Below, piece by piece: positions 1 to 9,537 of a stretch of 32,000 nucleotides of DNA. This DNA is from Candidatus Nanobsidianus stetteri. GTDB taxonomy: Archaea > Nanobdellota > Nanobdellia > Nanobdellales > Nanobdellaceae. The translations under genes and the position numbers were made by a program. The DNA is taken from positions 14,357 through 46,356 of the forward strand of contig APJZ01000007.1 in NCBI GenBank assembly GCA_000387965.1, read 5' to 3'. Numbering within the stretch: the stretch's first letter is position 1; every line of letters begins with the position of its first letter. The notes below the pieces were generated by a model. That model saw only the letters and a list, made by a program, of their open reading frames with translations. It ran no database searches and was not told the origin of the DNA.

Positions 1-762
1 GGTATAGTAAAGAAATTTTTAGAATTTCTAATAAATAATGGAATAATTATTACAGATACAAAATCTATTAATGATTCTTTAGGCAAGAATTTAATTCTAA
101 AATTTTTAGCTGAGATAAAGGTTAAGAAAAAATTAGATTCTAATTCATTAAGGTTATACGTTAGAGCTATATCATCATTCTTAAAATTCTTAGATAATGA
201 AAGCTTAGCAAAGCAAATAAAAGCTCCAAAGGTAGATAAAAGATTGCCAAAGTTTATAACATATGATGAATTAAATAAATTATTGGAAAATGCAGAAAAT
301 TATAGAGATAAACTAATTATTAAATTCCTATTTTATACTGGAGTAAGAGTCTCTGAGTTAATAAAAATAAAAAAGAATGATATAATTTTTGAAGAAGGTT
401 TTGTAAAAGTATATGGAAAGGGTGGAAAAGAAAGGATAGTACCAATACCAAAAGAATTATTAAATGAATTGAAAGATTATATAAATAAAATAAATACTGA
501 AAATATATTTTCATTATCATCAAGACAGGTAGAAAGAATTATAAAAAATACTGCAAAGAAAGCTGGAATAAATAAAAAAGTAACTCCACATGTATTGAGG
601 CATTCTCTCGCAACAACATTATTATCAAAAGGCGTTGATATAAGATATATACAAGAAATATTGGGTCATAGTTCGCTAAATATTACTCAAATATATACAC
701 ATGTTGTTCCAAACCAATTAAAAGAAATATATAATAAGGTTTTTGAAAGCCAACTAGCTTAA
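1..762 (+). CDS. xerA: Tyrosine recombinase, XerA/XerC-D family (5' end cut by window edge)
   Basis: Frame 1 is open from base 1 (GIVKKFLEFLINNG...), so the TTG at 244 in the ORF track is probably internal. The C-terminal catalytic region carries family signatures: GVRVSEL, HVLRHSLATTLL and LGHSSLNITQIYTHV (catalytic Tyr context). Confidence 0.85.
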   Translation, partial: GIVKKFLEFLINNGIIITDTKSINDSLGKNLILKFLAEIKVKKKLDSNSLRLYVRAISSFLKFLDNESLAKQIKAPKVDKRLPKFITYDELNKLLENAENYRDKLIIKFLFYTGVRVSELIKIKKNDIIFEEGFVKVYGKGGKERIVPIPKELLNELKDYINKINTENIFSLSSRQVERIIKNTAKKAGINKKVTPHVLRHSLATTLLSKGVDIRYIQEILGHSSLNITQIYTHVVPNQLKEIYNKVFESQLA

Positions 763-1650
763 AATTGTTTTTATTTCAAAATAGTATATTCCAATTACTA
801 CTATTATTATTATAATTGATATTATGAATTCTGCAGATAATAATGGCATGCTTTGGGATAGTAATGAATTTATATTAATTGTTCCAAATATGTATGGAAA
901 TAATAATGTTGCTAATATTATTGCATTTAAATAATGAACAATTATGAATAATATTCTTTGTACAAGATCTTTTAAATTCACAAATGTTAATATTAGTAAT
1001 ACTATTAGTGGAAAGATAAATAGATAAGGTATTGTATTTTCATATAAATATATATCTAATAATACTAACAAATATCCCATTAATCCGTATATTTTAAACT
1101 TCTTTACATTAAATATATATCCAAGAATACCTAAAACAAATAATATTGTTGATAACAATAATAATAATGTAAAGTAATTAAATATAATTGAAAGTCCCCA
1201 AACAATATTTCCATTTATAATTTTAATGCCATAACCAGTAATAGCTGTAGATAATATAGAAACTAATAATATTGCCATTATTAAAGTTCCAAATAGATAT
1301 ATTAATATATCTCTTTTACTGTATTCTTTATTTATACTTTTTCCTTCGAAAAATCCTATTCCAATATTTCTAAATATGAATAAAAATAATATAATAAATA
1401 TTAGTGGATAAAATGAATATGCGATAGGTATTAATAATGATGGTAATAAAGCTTCATATTGTACTACAAAGAAAACAATTGATGTACCTGTTATTTCCCA
1501 CATTGATAAAAACAAATTTTCATATTTTTTATATAAATCGTTATTTATAAAGAACGATAATGCTAAGGCTATTTCTATTCCTATAAGTAATAAAATTGTT
1601 GCTGCAATTAAAAATATATATGTATAAAAGTAAAATGAATAGTTCATCAT
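754..1650 (-). CDS. cydB: Cytochrome bd oxidase subunit II-like polytopic membrane protein
   Basis: 298-aa protein that is hydrophobic throughout. Its start overlaps the cydA stop by 4 nt (1647-1650), the usual cydAB arrangement. Assignment rests on position and topology only; the sequence itself is poorly conserved. Confidence 0.55.
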   Translation of the reverse strand: MMNYSFYFYTYIFLIAATILLLIGIEIALALSFFINNDLYKKYENLFLSMWEITGTSIVFFVVQYEALLPSLLIPIAYSFYPLIFIILFLFIFRNIGIGFFEGKSINKEYSKRDILIYLFGTLIMAILLVSILSTAITGYGIKIINGNIVWGLSIIFNYFTLLLLLSTILFVLGILGYIFNVKKFKIYGLMGYLLVLLDIYLYENTIPYLFIFPLIVLLILTFVNLKDLVQRILFIIVHYLNAIILATLLFPYIFGTININSLLSQSMPLLSAEFIISIIIIIVVIGIYYFEIKTILS

Positions 1651-3008
1651 AATTTATCAATAAAATATCTTTTTATAGCCCATATAGATAAAACAAATAA
1701 TGCTATATATATTAATTCGAAAGTTATTGCAATGGGAACAATTCCTGGATTTAAATTTGCAGCATCAACTGTTAATAGTATTCCATATATTGTCCATGGC
1801 TGCCTTCCAACTTCTGCAGCAATCCATCCAGTTTCCAAAGAAATTAAAGATAATATTGATAATAATATTAATCCATACAATAATAATTTATTCATATAGA
1901 ATGTATATTTTGGGTTTAAAGTAAATTTTTTATCTTTTTTATCTTCTTTTGAAATTATTAAAGATATCAATCCATATAATGATATAAAGAATATTAAAAA
2001 TCCAAATATTGCCATTATATCAAAAGAATTGTGTGCTATGGTAATATCATTTGGCGAAGGTATATAAGATTCATTTACATATATTCCAGGAACAATTGTA
2101 TTTGGATTAAAACTCTCATATAATAATAAACTTTGCAAATTTGGAATTTGTATTGAATCAATTAATGTATAATTGTTTGTAACAATTCCAAATAAATTTT
2201 CAGGTGCATTAGAAATATTTCCATTTAAATTAGCTTCCAATATTGAATACTTAACTGGTTGATATTTTGCCAATGTATCTATTGAATTTATTCCAAATAT
2301 TCCTAATAATAATATTGATAGGAATAATATGGGAATTATTAATTTCAATGCTTTTCCATATATTTTTATATTTTCAATATCCTTTTCTTTCAATATTTTA
2401 TAGGAAATAAATAATACAAACATTGATAAACCAAATTCTAGTGATGCTAAAATTCCATGAGATACTTCAATAAATTCTATTGGAGTAAAAAATATTGAAT
2501 ATGGATTTATATCAATATATTGACCATCCAAATACTCAATTCCTACAGGATAATTCATAAAAGAATTTAATGTTATTATTAAAAAACCAGACATGGTTGC
2601 AAATATTCCAATTATATACATAAATATCGGATGTAATACTGAATTATTATATTTTTTAAATGAATAGAAATATATACCCACAAATAAAGATTCCATGAAG
2701 AATGCTAAAATTTCTATATATAATGATATAATTGCTGTATTACTCACTATTTGCATAAATTTTGGGAATAAAGTATACATTTCAACAGCAACAATTGTAC
2801 CTGACAATGTTCCTATTGCAAATAAAACTAATATTAATGTAGATATCCTTTGAGCTAAATTTTTTATATTTTCATCTTTTTTTAATATTCCATATAATTC
2901 TAATGTTCCAATTGCAAAAGGCATTCCAATTGTAATTGATGCTATTATAATATGTATAGCAAGAGAAGATGCAAAAACTACCCTATCAATATCATATACA
3001 GGTAACAT
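1647..3008 (-). CDS. cydA: Cytochrome bd ubiquinol oxidase subunit I
   Basis: 453 aa and multi-TM, with the hallmark GRQPW motif (GWIAAEVGRQPWTIYG). Conserved His in the first helix (SLAIHIII), a His in HGILASLEFG and acidic residues in FFMESLF fit heme-ligand and proton-pathway positions. Confidence 0.85.
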   Translation of the reverse strand: MLPVYDIDRVVFASSLAIHIIIASITIGMPFAIGTLELYGILKKDENIKNLAQRISTLILVLFAIGTLSGTIVAVEMYTLFPKFMQIVSNTAIISLYIEILAFFMESLFVGIYFYSFKKYNNSVLHPIFMYIIGIFATMSGFLIITLNSFMNYPVGIEYLDGQYIDINPYSIFFTPIEFIEVSHGILASLEFGLSMFVLFISYKILKEKDIENIKIYGKALKLIIPILFLSILLLGIFGINSIDTLAKYQPVKYSILEANLNGNISNAPENLFGIVTNNYTLIDSIQIPNLQSLLLYESFNPNTIVPGIYVNESYIPSPNDITIAHNSFDIMAIFGFLIFFISLYGLISLIISKEDKKDKKFTLNPKYTFYMNKLLLYGLILLSILSLISLETGWIAAEVGRQPWTIYGILLTVDAANLNPGIVPIAITFELIYIALFVLSIWAIKRYFIDKL

Positions 3009-3045
3009 AAAATATTTATAGTTTATATATTTAAAAAAATTCTAT

Positions 3046-3531
3046 TTAAAGAATAAATACTGCTGCCGATATGACGGTACTATATTTTTCTACCTTTGTT
3101 TTTCTAAATATTTCAAATTCCCTATCTATTTCTATATTATATATAGACTTTAACATGTTCTTTGCCATATTTTTTGCATATCCTTCCTCTTTTCCAGTAT
3201 AATATCCATGGTATTCTGTAAAATACCCATTATATTTTTTATCCTTAGGTAGTGCTACTCCAACCGATGAAAATATTTCTTTGCCCTCTTCATTAGAAGT
3301 AAATCTAGATAAAACACAGAATACAACCTGGCCTGCTTTTAAATGTTTTAATCCTTCATCTATGTCTATAATTTTTACATTTGGTGGTGCTATACTGGAT
3401 ACTGGAACTAAATTAAATCTCTCTATTTTTGCATCTCTCAATGCATATTCAAAACTTAACAATGGATCATCTGCTACACCTATACCAGAAGTAAAGAAAA
3501 CCTTTTTTGGTACCAGACTCCGCGGGTTCAT
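3046..3531 (-). CDS. pdaD: Pyruvoyl-dependent arginine decarboxylase
   Basis: 161 aa. The N-terminal PKKVFFTSGIGVADDPLLSFEYALRDAKIERFNLVPVSSIAPP matches the PdaD family, including the VSS self-cleavage (pyruvoyl-forming) site. Confidence 0.88.
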   Translation of the reverse strand: MNPRSLVPKKVFFTSGIGVADDPLLSFEYALRDAKIERFNLVPVSSIAPPNVKIIDIDEGLKHLKAGQVVFCVLSRFTSNEEGKEIFSSVGVALPKDKKYNGYFTEYHGYYTGKEEGYAKNMAKNMLKSIYNIEIDREFEIFRKTKVEKYSTVISAAVFIL

Positions 3532-3562
3532 AAAATAAAAAATTAACTTTATGATTTATAAG

Positions 3563-4168
3563 TTATCTAGAAGATGAAGCCAACCTTTCTAATTCTAATT
3601 TTTTCTGTATTGCAAATGATTCTATAGAATTTTTATATGCATTTATTATTTCTTTTGCCAATGCACTTGCCATATCTTTTTTATTTCTAGAACCATGATA
3701 TGCTCCCCAAACAATATGTCTTATAGCCAAATCAATCCTTCTTAAAGGTGAAATGTCTACTGCTTTTGGATATCTTGCACCACCCATTTCTATATTTGTT
3801 ATTTCTTCTCTTGGAGCAGCATTTTCTATTGCCTTTGTTAATACTTTTATTGGATTTTGTTTTGTTTCCTTTTCAATTATTTCAAATGTCTTTATCAATA
3901 TTTTTAGTACTTTATGATATTCTCCAGAAGCATAATATGAAGTAAATTTATGTTTTCCACCATAATGACCTGGTGTCATTAGTCTACCAATTAATCTCTC
4001 TATAATTGGCATATTCCTTCTTCCAAATCTTCTATTTTGATATCTACCATTTGTTTTTGGAACAATATATGGTTTCAAATTCATAAAAGCTCTTAATGTT
4101 TCATCTTCTACATCTACTTCATATTCCCATCTTCCAAGAAATTTCAAATCATTAATATTATTTACCAT
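3563..4168 (-). CDS. rps7: 30S ribosomal protein S7 (uS7)
   Basis: 201 aa. Conserved blocks IIERLIGRLM, KTFEIIE, NPIKVLTKAIENAAPREE, GGARYPKAVDISPLRRIDLAIR. Lies in the expected neighbourhood of rps12. Confidence 0.95.
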   Translation of the reverse strand: MVNNINDLKFLGRWEYEVDVEDETLRAFMNLKPYIVPKTNGRYQNRRFGRRNMPIIERLIGRLMTPGHYGGKHKFTSYYASGEYHKVLKILIKTFEIIEKETKQNPIKVLTKAIENAAPREEITNIEMGGARYPKAVDISPLRRIDLAIRHIVWGAYHGSRNKKDMASALAKEIINAYKNSIESFAIQKKLELERLASSSR

Positions 4169-4199
4169 TAAAAATAATATTAAAAGATAAATTAAAAAA

Positions 4200-5015
4200 T
4201 TATTCTGATTCTCTTATTGCCTTAACTAAAACTGGTACTAATGTTAGTACAAACAATATTACAAAGCCCCATGCAAATATATTTTCTACACTTGCTGAAA
4301 TGTTTGAATATCCAACAGTTAATACTGATAATGATGATATAACAAATATTGAATATATAAATATTTGAATAAATGGTCTTACATTTTTATAATATGTATT
4401 TTCACTTATATTTTCTGTTATATATTTCATTACAATTAGTCCAATTGATAATATTACAAATACACCTATTATATTATCAAATAATGTATATTGGAATCCT
4501 AACAATTGCAAAGAATAATATGTTATTATCCATACAAATCCTAAGAATAATAGTAATCTCAATAATTCTGCTATATGTGAATTATATCCTTCAATTAGTA
4601 TATATAGATATGATGTAAAGAATATTGAAAATATTACACCAGCTGCTATTATTAATACAACTATTGATATTAATAATAATGTTGAAGAAACCATCATTGT
4701 CAATTGCAATATATTAGATACATAAGAATATTGTGTTGCTGTTAATAGATTTGGCATCAATGATAATACACTATTAAATACTAATATTCCCAATATTACT
4801 CCACCCAAATATGATAATAATACTGCTACATTTATTTCTGGCATTTTGCTAAATGTTGATTTTAATTTCTCATATATATTCTCTATCTTTACATACTTTG
4901 TAAATAGCCAGTTCAATACTTTATATACTATCCATCCTACAAAATAACCTATTATCCCACCTAATACTAAAAAACCAATAAAATAACCTATAGATATCAA
5001 TAAGTCATATACCAT
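4200..5015 (-). CDS. Hypothetical polytopic membrane protein inserted between rps12 and rps7
   Basis: 271-aa ORF with about 7-8 hydrophobic segments, same strand as the flanking ribosomal genes with short spacers. No family recognised. Confidence 0.6.
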   Translation of the reverse strand: MVYDLLISIGYFIGFLVLGGIIGYFVGWIVYKVLNWLFTKYVKIENIYEKLKSTFSKMPEINVAVLLSYLGGVILGILVFNSVLSLMPNLLTATQYSYVSNILQLTMMVSSTLLLISIVVLIIAAGVIFSIFFTSYLYILIEGYNSHIAELLRLLLFLGFVWIITYYSLQLLGFQYTLFDNIIGVFVILSIGLIVMKYITENISENTYYKNVRPFIQIFIYSIFVISSLSVLTVGYSNISASVENIFAWGFVILFVLTLVPVLVKAIRESE

Positions 5016-5099
5016 TTATTTTTTGTATATTAAAATTATATAAATATTGATTTTGTTATCAAAAAATGACAACTATTTCTTTATAACTCCTCTTAAAGA

Positions 5100-5528
5100 C
5101 TATCTTCTAGCTTTTTCTATCTTACCTTTTCTTAATAATTCTAAAGGTTGTCCATTTACAAGTATTACTTTATATCTTACTCCTGGTATTGAACCTATGG
5201 TTCTACCTTTTGGTCCACCTATTCCAACTATTAATACATCATCATGCTCATCAATATATTTTATTGCCTTATCACCTGGAGCAAAGGCTGTAACAATTTT
5301 TCCATTTTTCTTTAATTGAACTTTTACACATTTTATCATTCCAGAATATGGCTGCCTTTTTTCAATCTGTACTTTTTCTAATACAATTCCAGATGCCATT
5401 GGACTTCCTTCCAAAGGATCATATTTCTCTTTTAACTTTAATATCCTTCTTTTCCATTCTTTCTTACTCCATCTAAATTTTTTTCTATTTTCAATTAATT
5501 TCTTAGCAGCAAACAATCCATTAGCCAT
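5100..5528 (-). CDS. rps12: 30S ribosomal protein S12 (uS12)
   Basis: 142 aa. Blocks [51 protein letters not shown] are diagnostic. Its start overlaps the rpl30e stop. Confidence 0.95.
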   Translation of the reverse strand: MANGLFAAKKLIENRKKFRWSKKEWKRRILKLKEKYDPLEGSPMASGIVLEKVQIEKRQPYSGMIKCVKVQLKKNGKIVTAFAPGDKAIKYIDEHDDVLIVGIGGPKGRTIGSIPGVRYKVILVNGQPLELLRKGKIEKARR

Positions 5529-5793
5529 TCTTTAATATAGATATAACAGAAATTTTAAATGGCTTTTTCAATAACAAGCCTACCTCTTCATTTGAATAAT
5601 CCAATACCTCTACTTCAAAATTTCCCAATTTCTGATAGTATTCTATATCCTTTTTTATATTTTCCGGAACATTTTTTGCTAAAAATATCTTTTCTACTTT
5701 TCCCCTTTTAACCATTTTCAAAGTTCTATTATATCCAATAATTATTTTCTTCTCATCAACAATTTTCTTTCTTAAATCATCAAATGTTACCAT
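5521..5793 (-). CDS. rpl30e: 50S ribosomal protein L30e
   Basis: 90 aa. [40 protein letters not shown]...[16 protein letters not shown] follows the archaeal L30e pattern. Position directly after rpoA2 is canonical. Confidence 0.88.
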   Translation of the reverse strand: MVTFDDLRKKIVDEKKIIIGYNRTLKMVKRGKVEKIFLAKNVPENIKKDIEYYQKLGNFEVEVLDYSNEEVGLLLKKPFKISVISILKNG

Positions 5794-5819
5794 AAAATCT
5801 ATCTATATAAAAAATATTT

Positions 5820-6914
5820 TTATTCCTTATCTTCCCTCTTATTTCCTACAAAGTATACATCATATAAACCAGTACCTAAATATATTGGTTGATTCATTAT
5901 AACATTATCTATTCCACTCAATACCTTATCAGATTGCCCCATCATTGAAGATCTAACAAATATAGAAACTGGAGTTTCAAATGCTGCCTTTGATAATGTA
6001 GATTCTTTTTCTGCATGCAGTCCATATCTATTTATACCTAAATATATTCCATACCATGTCAACATATCTGCTACTAACATAAAATGCCTTACATCTACAC
6101 TAAGACCTTGTTGTTCGTATAATTTAACTAATTCTTGTAATATTGCAGCTCTAGCAGCTTCTATTCCCAATACTCTTTCTATTTCTCTTAGATCGTTTGT
6201 ATATACTTTTGTATAATCTACCTCTGGTATTTTCATAACCTCCAATAAATTAGATCCAATAGTATATATTACATATTCATCATCTTCTTTATGTATAGTT
6301 ACATCCTTAATTCCTTTTATTCCCTTTATTAATATTTTCTTTATCATTTCTTTAAGCAAATATAATTCTTTTGCGGATAATTTAGGAGCACTTACATATA
6401 TATTTTGCTTATCATTCTCGACCTTATATTTCTTTATTTTCTTTTTTAATATTCTAAATACTTCATCAAATTTTAATTCTTCTTTTTTCAATTTTTCTTT
6501 ATCCAAAACAATTATTATTTTATTTTCAAATACATCTATTGTTATTGATGATAATATATCTTCCAATAATAATTCCTTTATCTTTTTTGCAACATTTTGA
6601 GCTACGCTTAAATCATTTTTATATTCATCCAATAACCTTATTATCATATATTTTCTTTTCATTTTCTTTTTTGCATCTGTTATTTCTGTGAGTCTGGGTA
6701 AACCCAAAGAAACCTGCTGAGCAGATATACCTACAAAGTGAAATGATTTTAATATCATCTGTGTTGTTGGTTCTGCAATTGATTGAGCAGCAACTATACC
6801 AACAGGTTCACCCGGATCTATTATAAATTTATATGAAAAATCTTCTACTATTTTTCTTAATTTTTCATCTTCTATTTTTTCTAGATCCTTTTTTATTTTT
6901 TCCGGTAGTTCCAT
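5820..6914 (-). CDS. rpoA2: DNA-directed RNA polymerase subunit A''
   Basis: 364 aa. GEPVGIVAAQSIAEPTTQM trigger-loop region, C-terminal FETPVSIF...SDKVLSGIDNVIMNQPIYLGTG. Follows rpoA1. Confidence 0.95.
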   Translation of the reverse strand: MELPEKIKKDLEKIEDEKLRKIVEDFSYKFIIDPGEPVGIVAAQSIAEPTTQMILKSFHFVGISAQQVSLGLPRLTEITDAKKKMKRKYMIIRLLDEYKNDLSVAQNVAKKIKELLLEDILSSITIDVFENKIIIVLDKEKLKKEELKFDEVFRILKKKIKKYKVENDKQNIYVSAPKLSAKELYLLKEMIKKILIKGIKGIKDVTIHKEDDEYVIYTIGSNLLEVMKIPEVDYTKVYTNDLREIERVLGIEAARAAILQELVKLYEQQGLSVDVRHFMLVADMLTWYGIYLGINRYGLHAEKESTLSKAAFETPVSIFVRSSMMGQSDKVLSGIDNVIMNQPIYLGTGLYDVYFVGNKREDKE

Positions 6915-9537
6915 CTTTATTATTTTCTACATAAGGTTTTAAAATTTGGGCCATTAAATTTACGTCTAATTTTCCATTTATTGATTTATGTACTGCAACT
7001 CCATCTCCTCCATAAACAAATTGTACAATTCTATTATATGCATCTCTAACAGTTAAATCATCATTTACATGAAGGTCATATAAACTTAGTACTAATCTTC
7101 TATAGAAGTATCCAGATTGAGCAGTTCTTATTGCAGTATCCATTAAAGAGTCTCTACCGGGTAATGCGTGGAAGAACATTTCCCATGGTTGTAAACCATC
7201 TCTAAAAGAACTTATTACCCAACCATAATATTTTGGATGATATATGTTTCTCTCAAATATTGATAAATTCCTCCCTTTATAACCAAAGTCTATAAATCTT
7301 CCTCTAAATGCCTGAAATCCTAAAGATCCAGCCATTCTAACGGCGTTTTGCCAATCACCTCTTGCACCAGTTATAGACATAATATATGTACCTGTATCTT
7401 TTTTCATATATTTTCTAAGAACATCTTGTATTTTTGTAACACTTTCAGATATAGCCTGCATAGATTTTAATTCATATGTTTCCTGTAAACTTCTACCAGC
7501 AATTCTTTCAAGAGTTCCTTCGGTATATTGTTTATATAAATCATTTACTGTTTTTTCTGTATTATCTATTATCTTTTTTATTTCCTCTTTTGCCTCTTCT
7601 GGCAAATCAAAATCAGAAATAGACATTGTAATTCCCAAATTATATTGATAATATATTCCCAATAAACTATATTTTTCTAATAGATCATTTACATATTCTT
7701 TTCCATACAATTTATATAATATAACAAATAATCTTCCCTTCTCTGCTTTTATTAAACTTGAATCCAAATGCCCTCTAACAATCATTCCATTTTCTATCTT
7801 TATTTTATCATTTTCAAAATTAAAGTCATCTGGTAAGAATACTGAGGCAATTTCTTTTCCAGTTAAATAATCTCTTCCTTCCTCTTTTGCTTTTTTAATA
7901 ATATTAGACAACTTATCTAAATCTTTATCATTAGCGTTTGACATATATATTAACTGTGCAGCTTGATTAATAGGTATTTTTACATCATCTTGTGTTATTA
8001 AATACAATCCTGTTATCATTTCTTGTATCATACCAACAATAAAATCTCCATACCTTGGAGTAATATAATTATTTGATATTTCTGTTAAAAATTCTGCTTC
8101 TGCTCTTGCTTCTTCACTTCTTGGTAAGAATACATTCATTTCATCCCCATCAAAATCTGCATTATATGGTTTACATATTATTGGATTTATCCTAAAGGTA
8201 TTTCCAGGAAGTATTTTAGCATAATGACCCATCATAGATAATCTATGTAAGGATGGATATCTTAATAATAATACAATATCTCCATCCATTAAATGTCTTT
8301 CAACAATCCATCCTGGCGCAATCATTGAAGCAAGTGTTTCTTTATTTTCTTCTGTAATTATCCTTTTTCTTCCATCTGGAGATATTACATAATTTGCACC
8401 AGGATATTTTTCAGGTCCATTCAATATATATTCCTTCATTTTTTCAATATTCCATTCAGTAACCCTTTCAGGAACTGTCAATATTTTTGCAACATATATT
8501 GGTATTCCAACCTCATTTGGTTTTATTTTTGTATCTGGAGTAATAACTGCCCTTGAACTATAATTTATTCTCTTTCCGAGCAAATATCTCCTAATTATTC
8601 CTTCCTTTCCAGAAATTCTTTCAACCAATGATTTTAATGGTTTTCCAGATCTTTGTTGAGCTTTAGGTACATATGGTAAAGTATTGTTAAAATATGTAAA
8701 TATATGATATTGTAATAAATTATATATATCATCTACAATAACTTGTGGGGCTCCTGTTGTTATATCTTCTTTTAATCTTTGATTTGTTCTTACAATATCA
8801 ACTAATTTATGAGTTAAATCATCTTCCGCTCTTTCACCGGTTTCCAAAACTATTGAAGGTCTCATTGTTACTGGAGGTACTGGTAAAACTGTTAATATCA
8901 TCCATTCTGGCCTAGAAAATGAAGGATCGAATCCAATTAATGGTAAATCTTCATTTGGTATTTTTTCAAATATTGCTCTAATTTCAACTGGATACATTCT
9001 TCTTTCATTTTCCTTATCCTTAACATAAAAGTAAAATGGTTTTCTAAATTCTACTTTTGGATTTTCATATCCACATACTGGACATTTTGATCTTTTTTTA
9101 GCTTTGGAATATACAAACTTAATTATAAATTTATATAATCTATTCCATCTTCTTGAATGTCTATACTTTTCTATCTTATTTAATGCAAACTCTCTTTCTT
9201 CCTTTGTTAATTTCACATGACCACAATTATGACAAACCGCATTTACCAATTCTCTAACAATTGGTAAAAATTCTGGATGTAATACTGGCCTTGCCAGTTC
9301 AATATGACCAAAATGTCCCAAACATTTTCCCGCAGTTTTTCCACATGTTTCACATACATAACTTGGATCTACTACTCCCAATCTTAAATCCATTAATCCA
9401 CCCCTTATTGGGGTTCCATCTTCATCATATAACTCTGATACAATTATTTTTGCTGCAGACATTTTTCTTATTGCATCGGGACTTAATAAAGAATATTGAA
9501 TTTCAGAAATTCTTTTGAAAAATATATCCTTCATCAT
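6865..9537 (-). CDS. rpoA1: DNA-directed RNA polymerase subunit A'
   Basis: 890 aa. Zinc ribbon CETCGKTAGKCLGHFGHIELARPV and the catalytic NADFDGDEMN motif. The ORF overlaps the rpoA2 start by 50 nt. Confidence 0.97.
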   Translation of the reverse strand: MMKDIFFKRISEIQYSLLSPDAIRKMSAAKIIVSELYDEDGTPIRGGLMDLRLGVVDPSYVCETCGKTAGKCLGHFGHIELARPVLHPEFLPIVRELVNAVCHNCGHVKLTKEEREFALNKIEKYRHSRRWNRLYKFIIKFVYSKAKKRSKCPVCGYENPKVEFRKPFYFYVKDKENERRMYPVEIRAIFEKIPNEDLPLIGFDPSFSRPEWMILTVLPVPPVTMRPSIVLETGERAEDDLTHKLVDIVRTNQRLKEDITTGAPQVIVDDIYNLLQYHIFTYFNNTLPYVPKAQQRSGKPLKSLVERISGKEGIIRRYLLGKRINYSSRAVITPDTKIKPNEVGIPIYVAKILTVPERVTEWNIEKMKEYILNGPEKYPGANYVISPDGRKRIITEENKETLASMIAPGWIVERHLMDGDIVLLLRYPSLHRLSMMGHYAKILPGNTFRINPIICKPYNADFDGDEMNVFLPRSEEARAEAEFLTEISNNYITPRYGDFIVGMIQEMITGLYLITQDDVKIPINQAAQLIYMSNANDKDLDKLSNIIKKAKEEGRDYLTGKEIASVFLPDDFNFENDKIKIENGMIVRGHLDSSLIKAEKGRLFVILYKLYGKEYVNDLLEKYSLLGIYYQYNLGITMSISDFDLPEEAKEEIKKIIDNTEKTVNDLYKQYTEGTLERIAGRSLQETYELKSMQAISESVTKIQDVLRKYMKKDTGTYIMSITGARGDWQNAVRMAGSLGFQAFRGRFIDFGYKGRNLSIFERNIYHPKYYGWVISSFRDGLQPWEMFFHALPGRDSLMDTAIRTAQSGYFYRRLVLSLYDLHVNDDLTVRDAYNRIVQFVYGGDGVAVHKSINGKLDVNLMAQILKPYVENNKDGTTGKNKKGSRKNRR

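Noticed and set aside
1-762. Integrase as a marker of an integrated mobile element or provirus
   Set aside because: The sequence fits a housekeeping XerA-type recombinase. No att-like direct repeats, tRNA gene or phage/plasmid genes adjoin it within the window. Upstream context is not visible, however.
6865-6914. 50-nt overlap of rpoA1 and rpoA2 as a possible frameshift or fused gene
   Set aside because: The A'/A'' split is universal in archaea. Both ORFs have their own start and stop, and the A'' N-terminus has normal length before the GEPVG block. The overlap is most simply a compact-genome feature.
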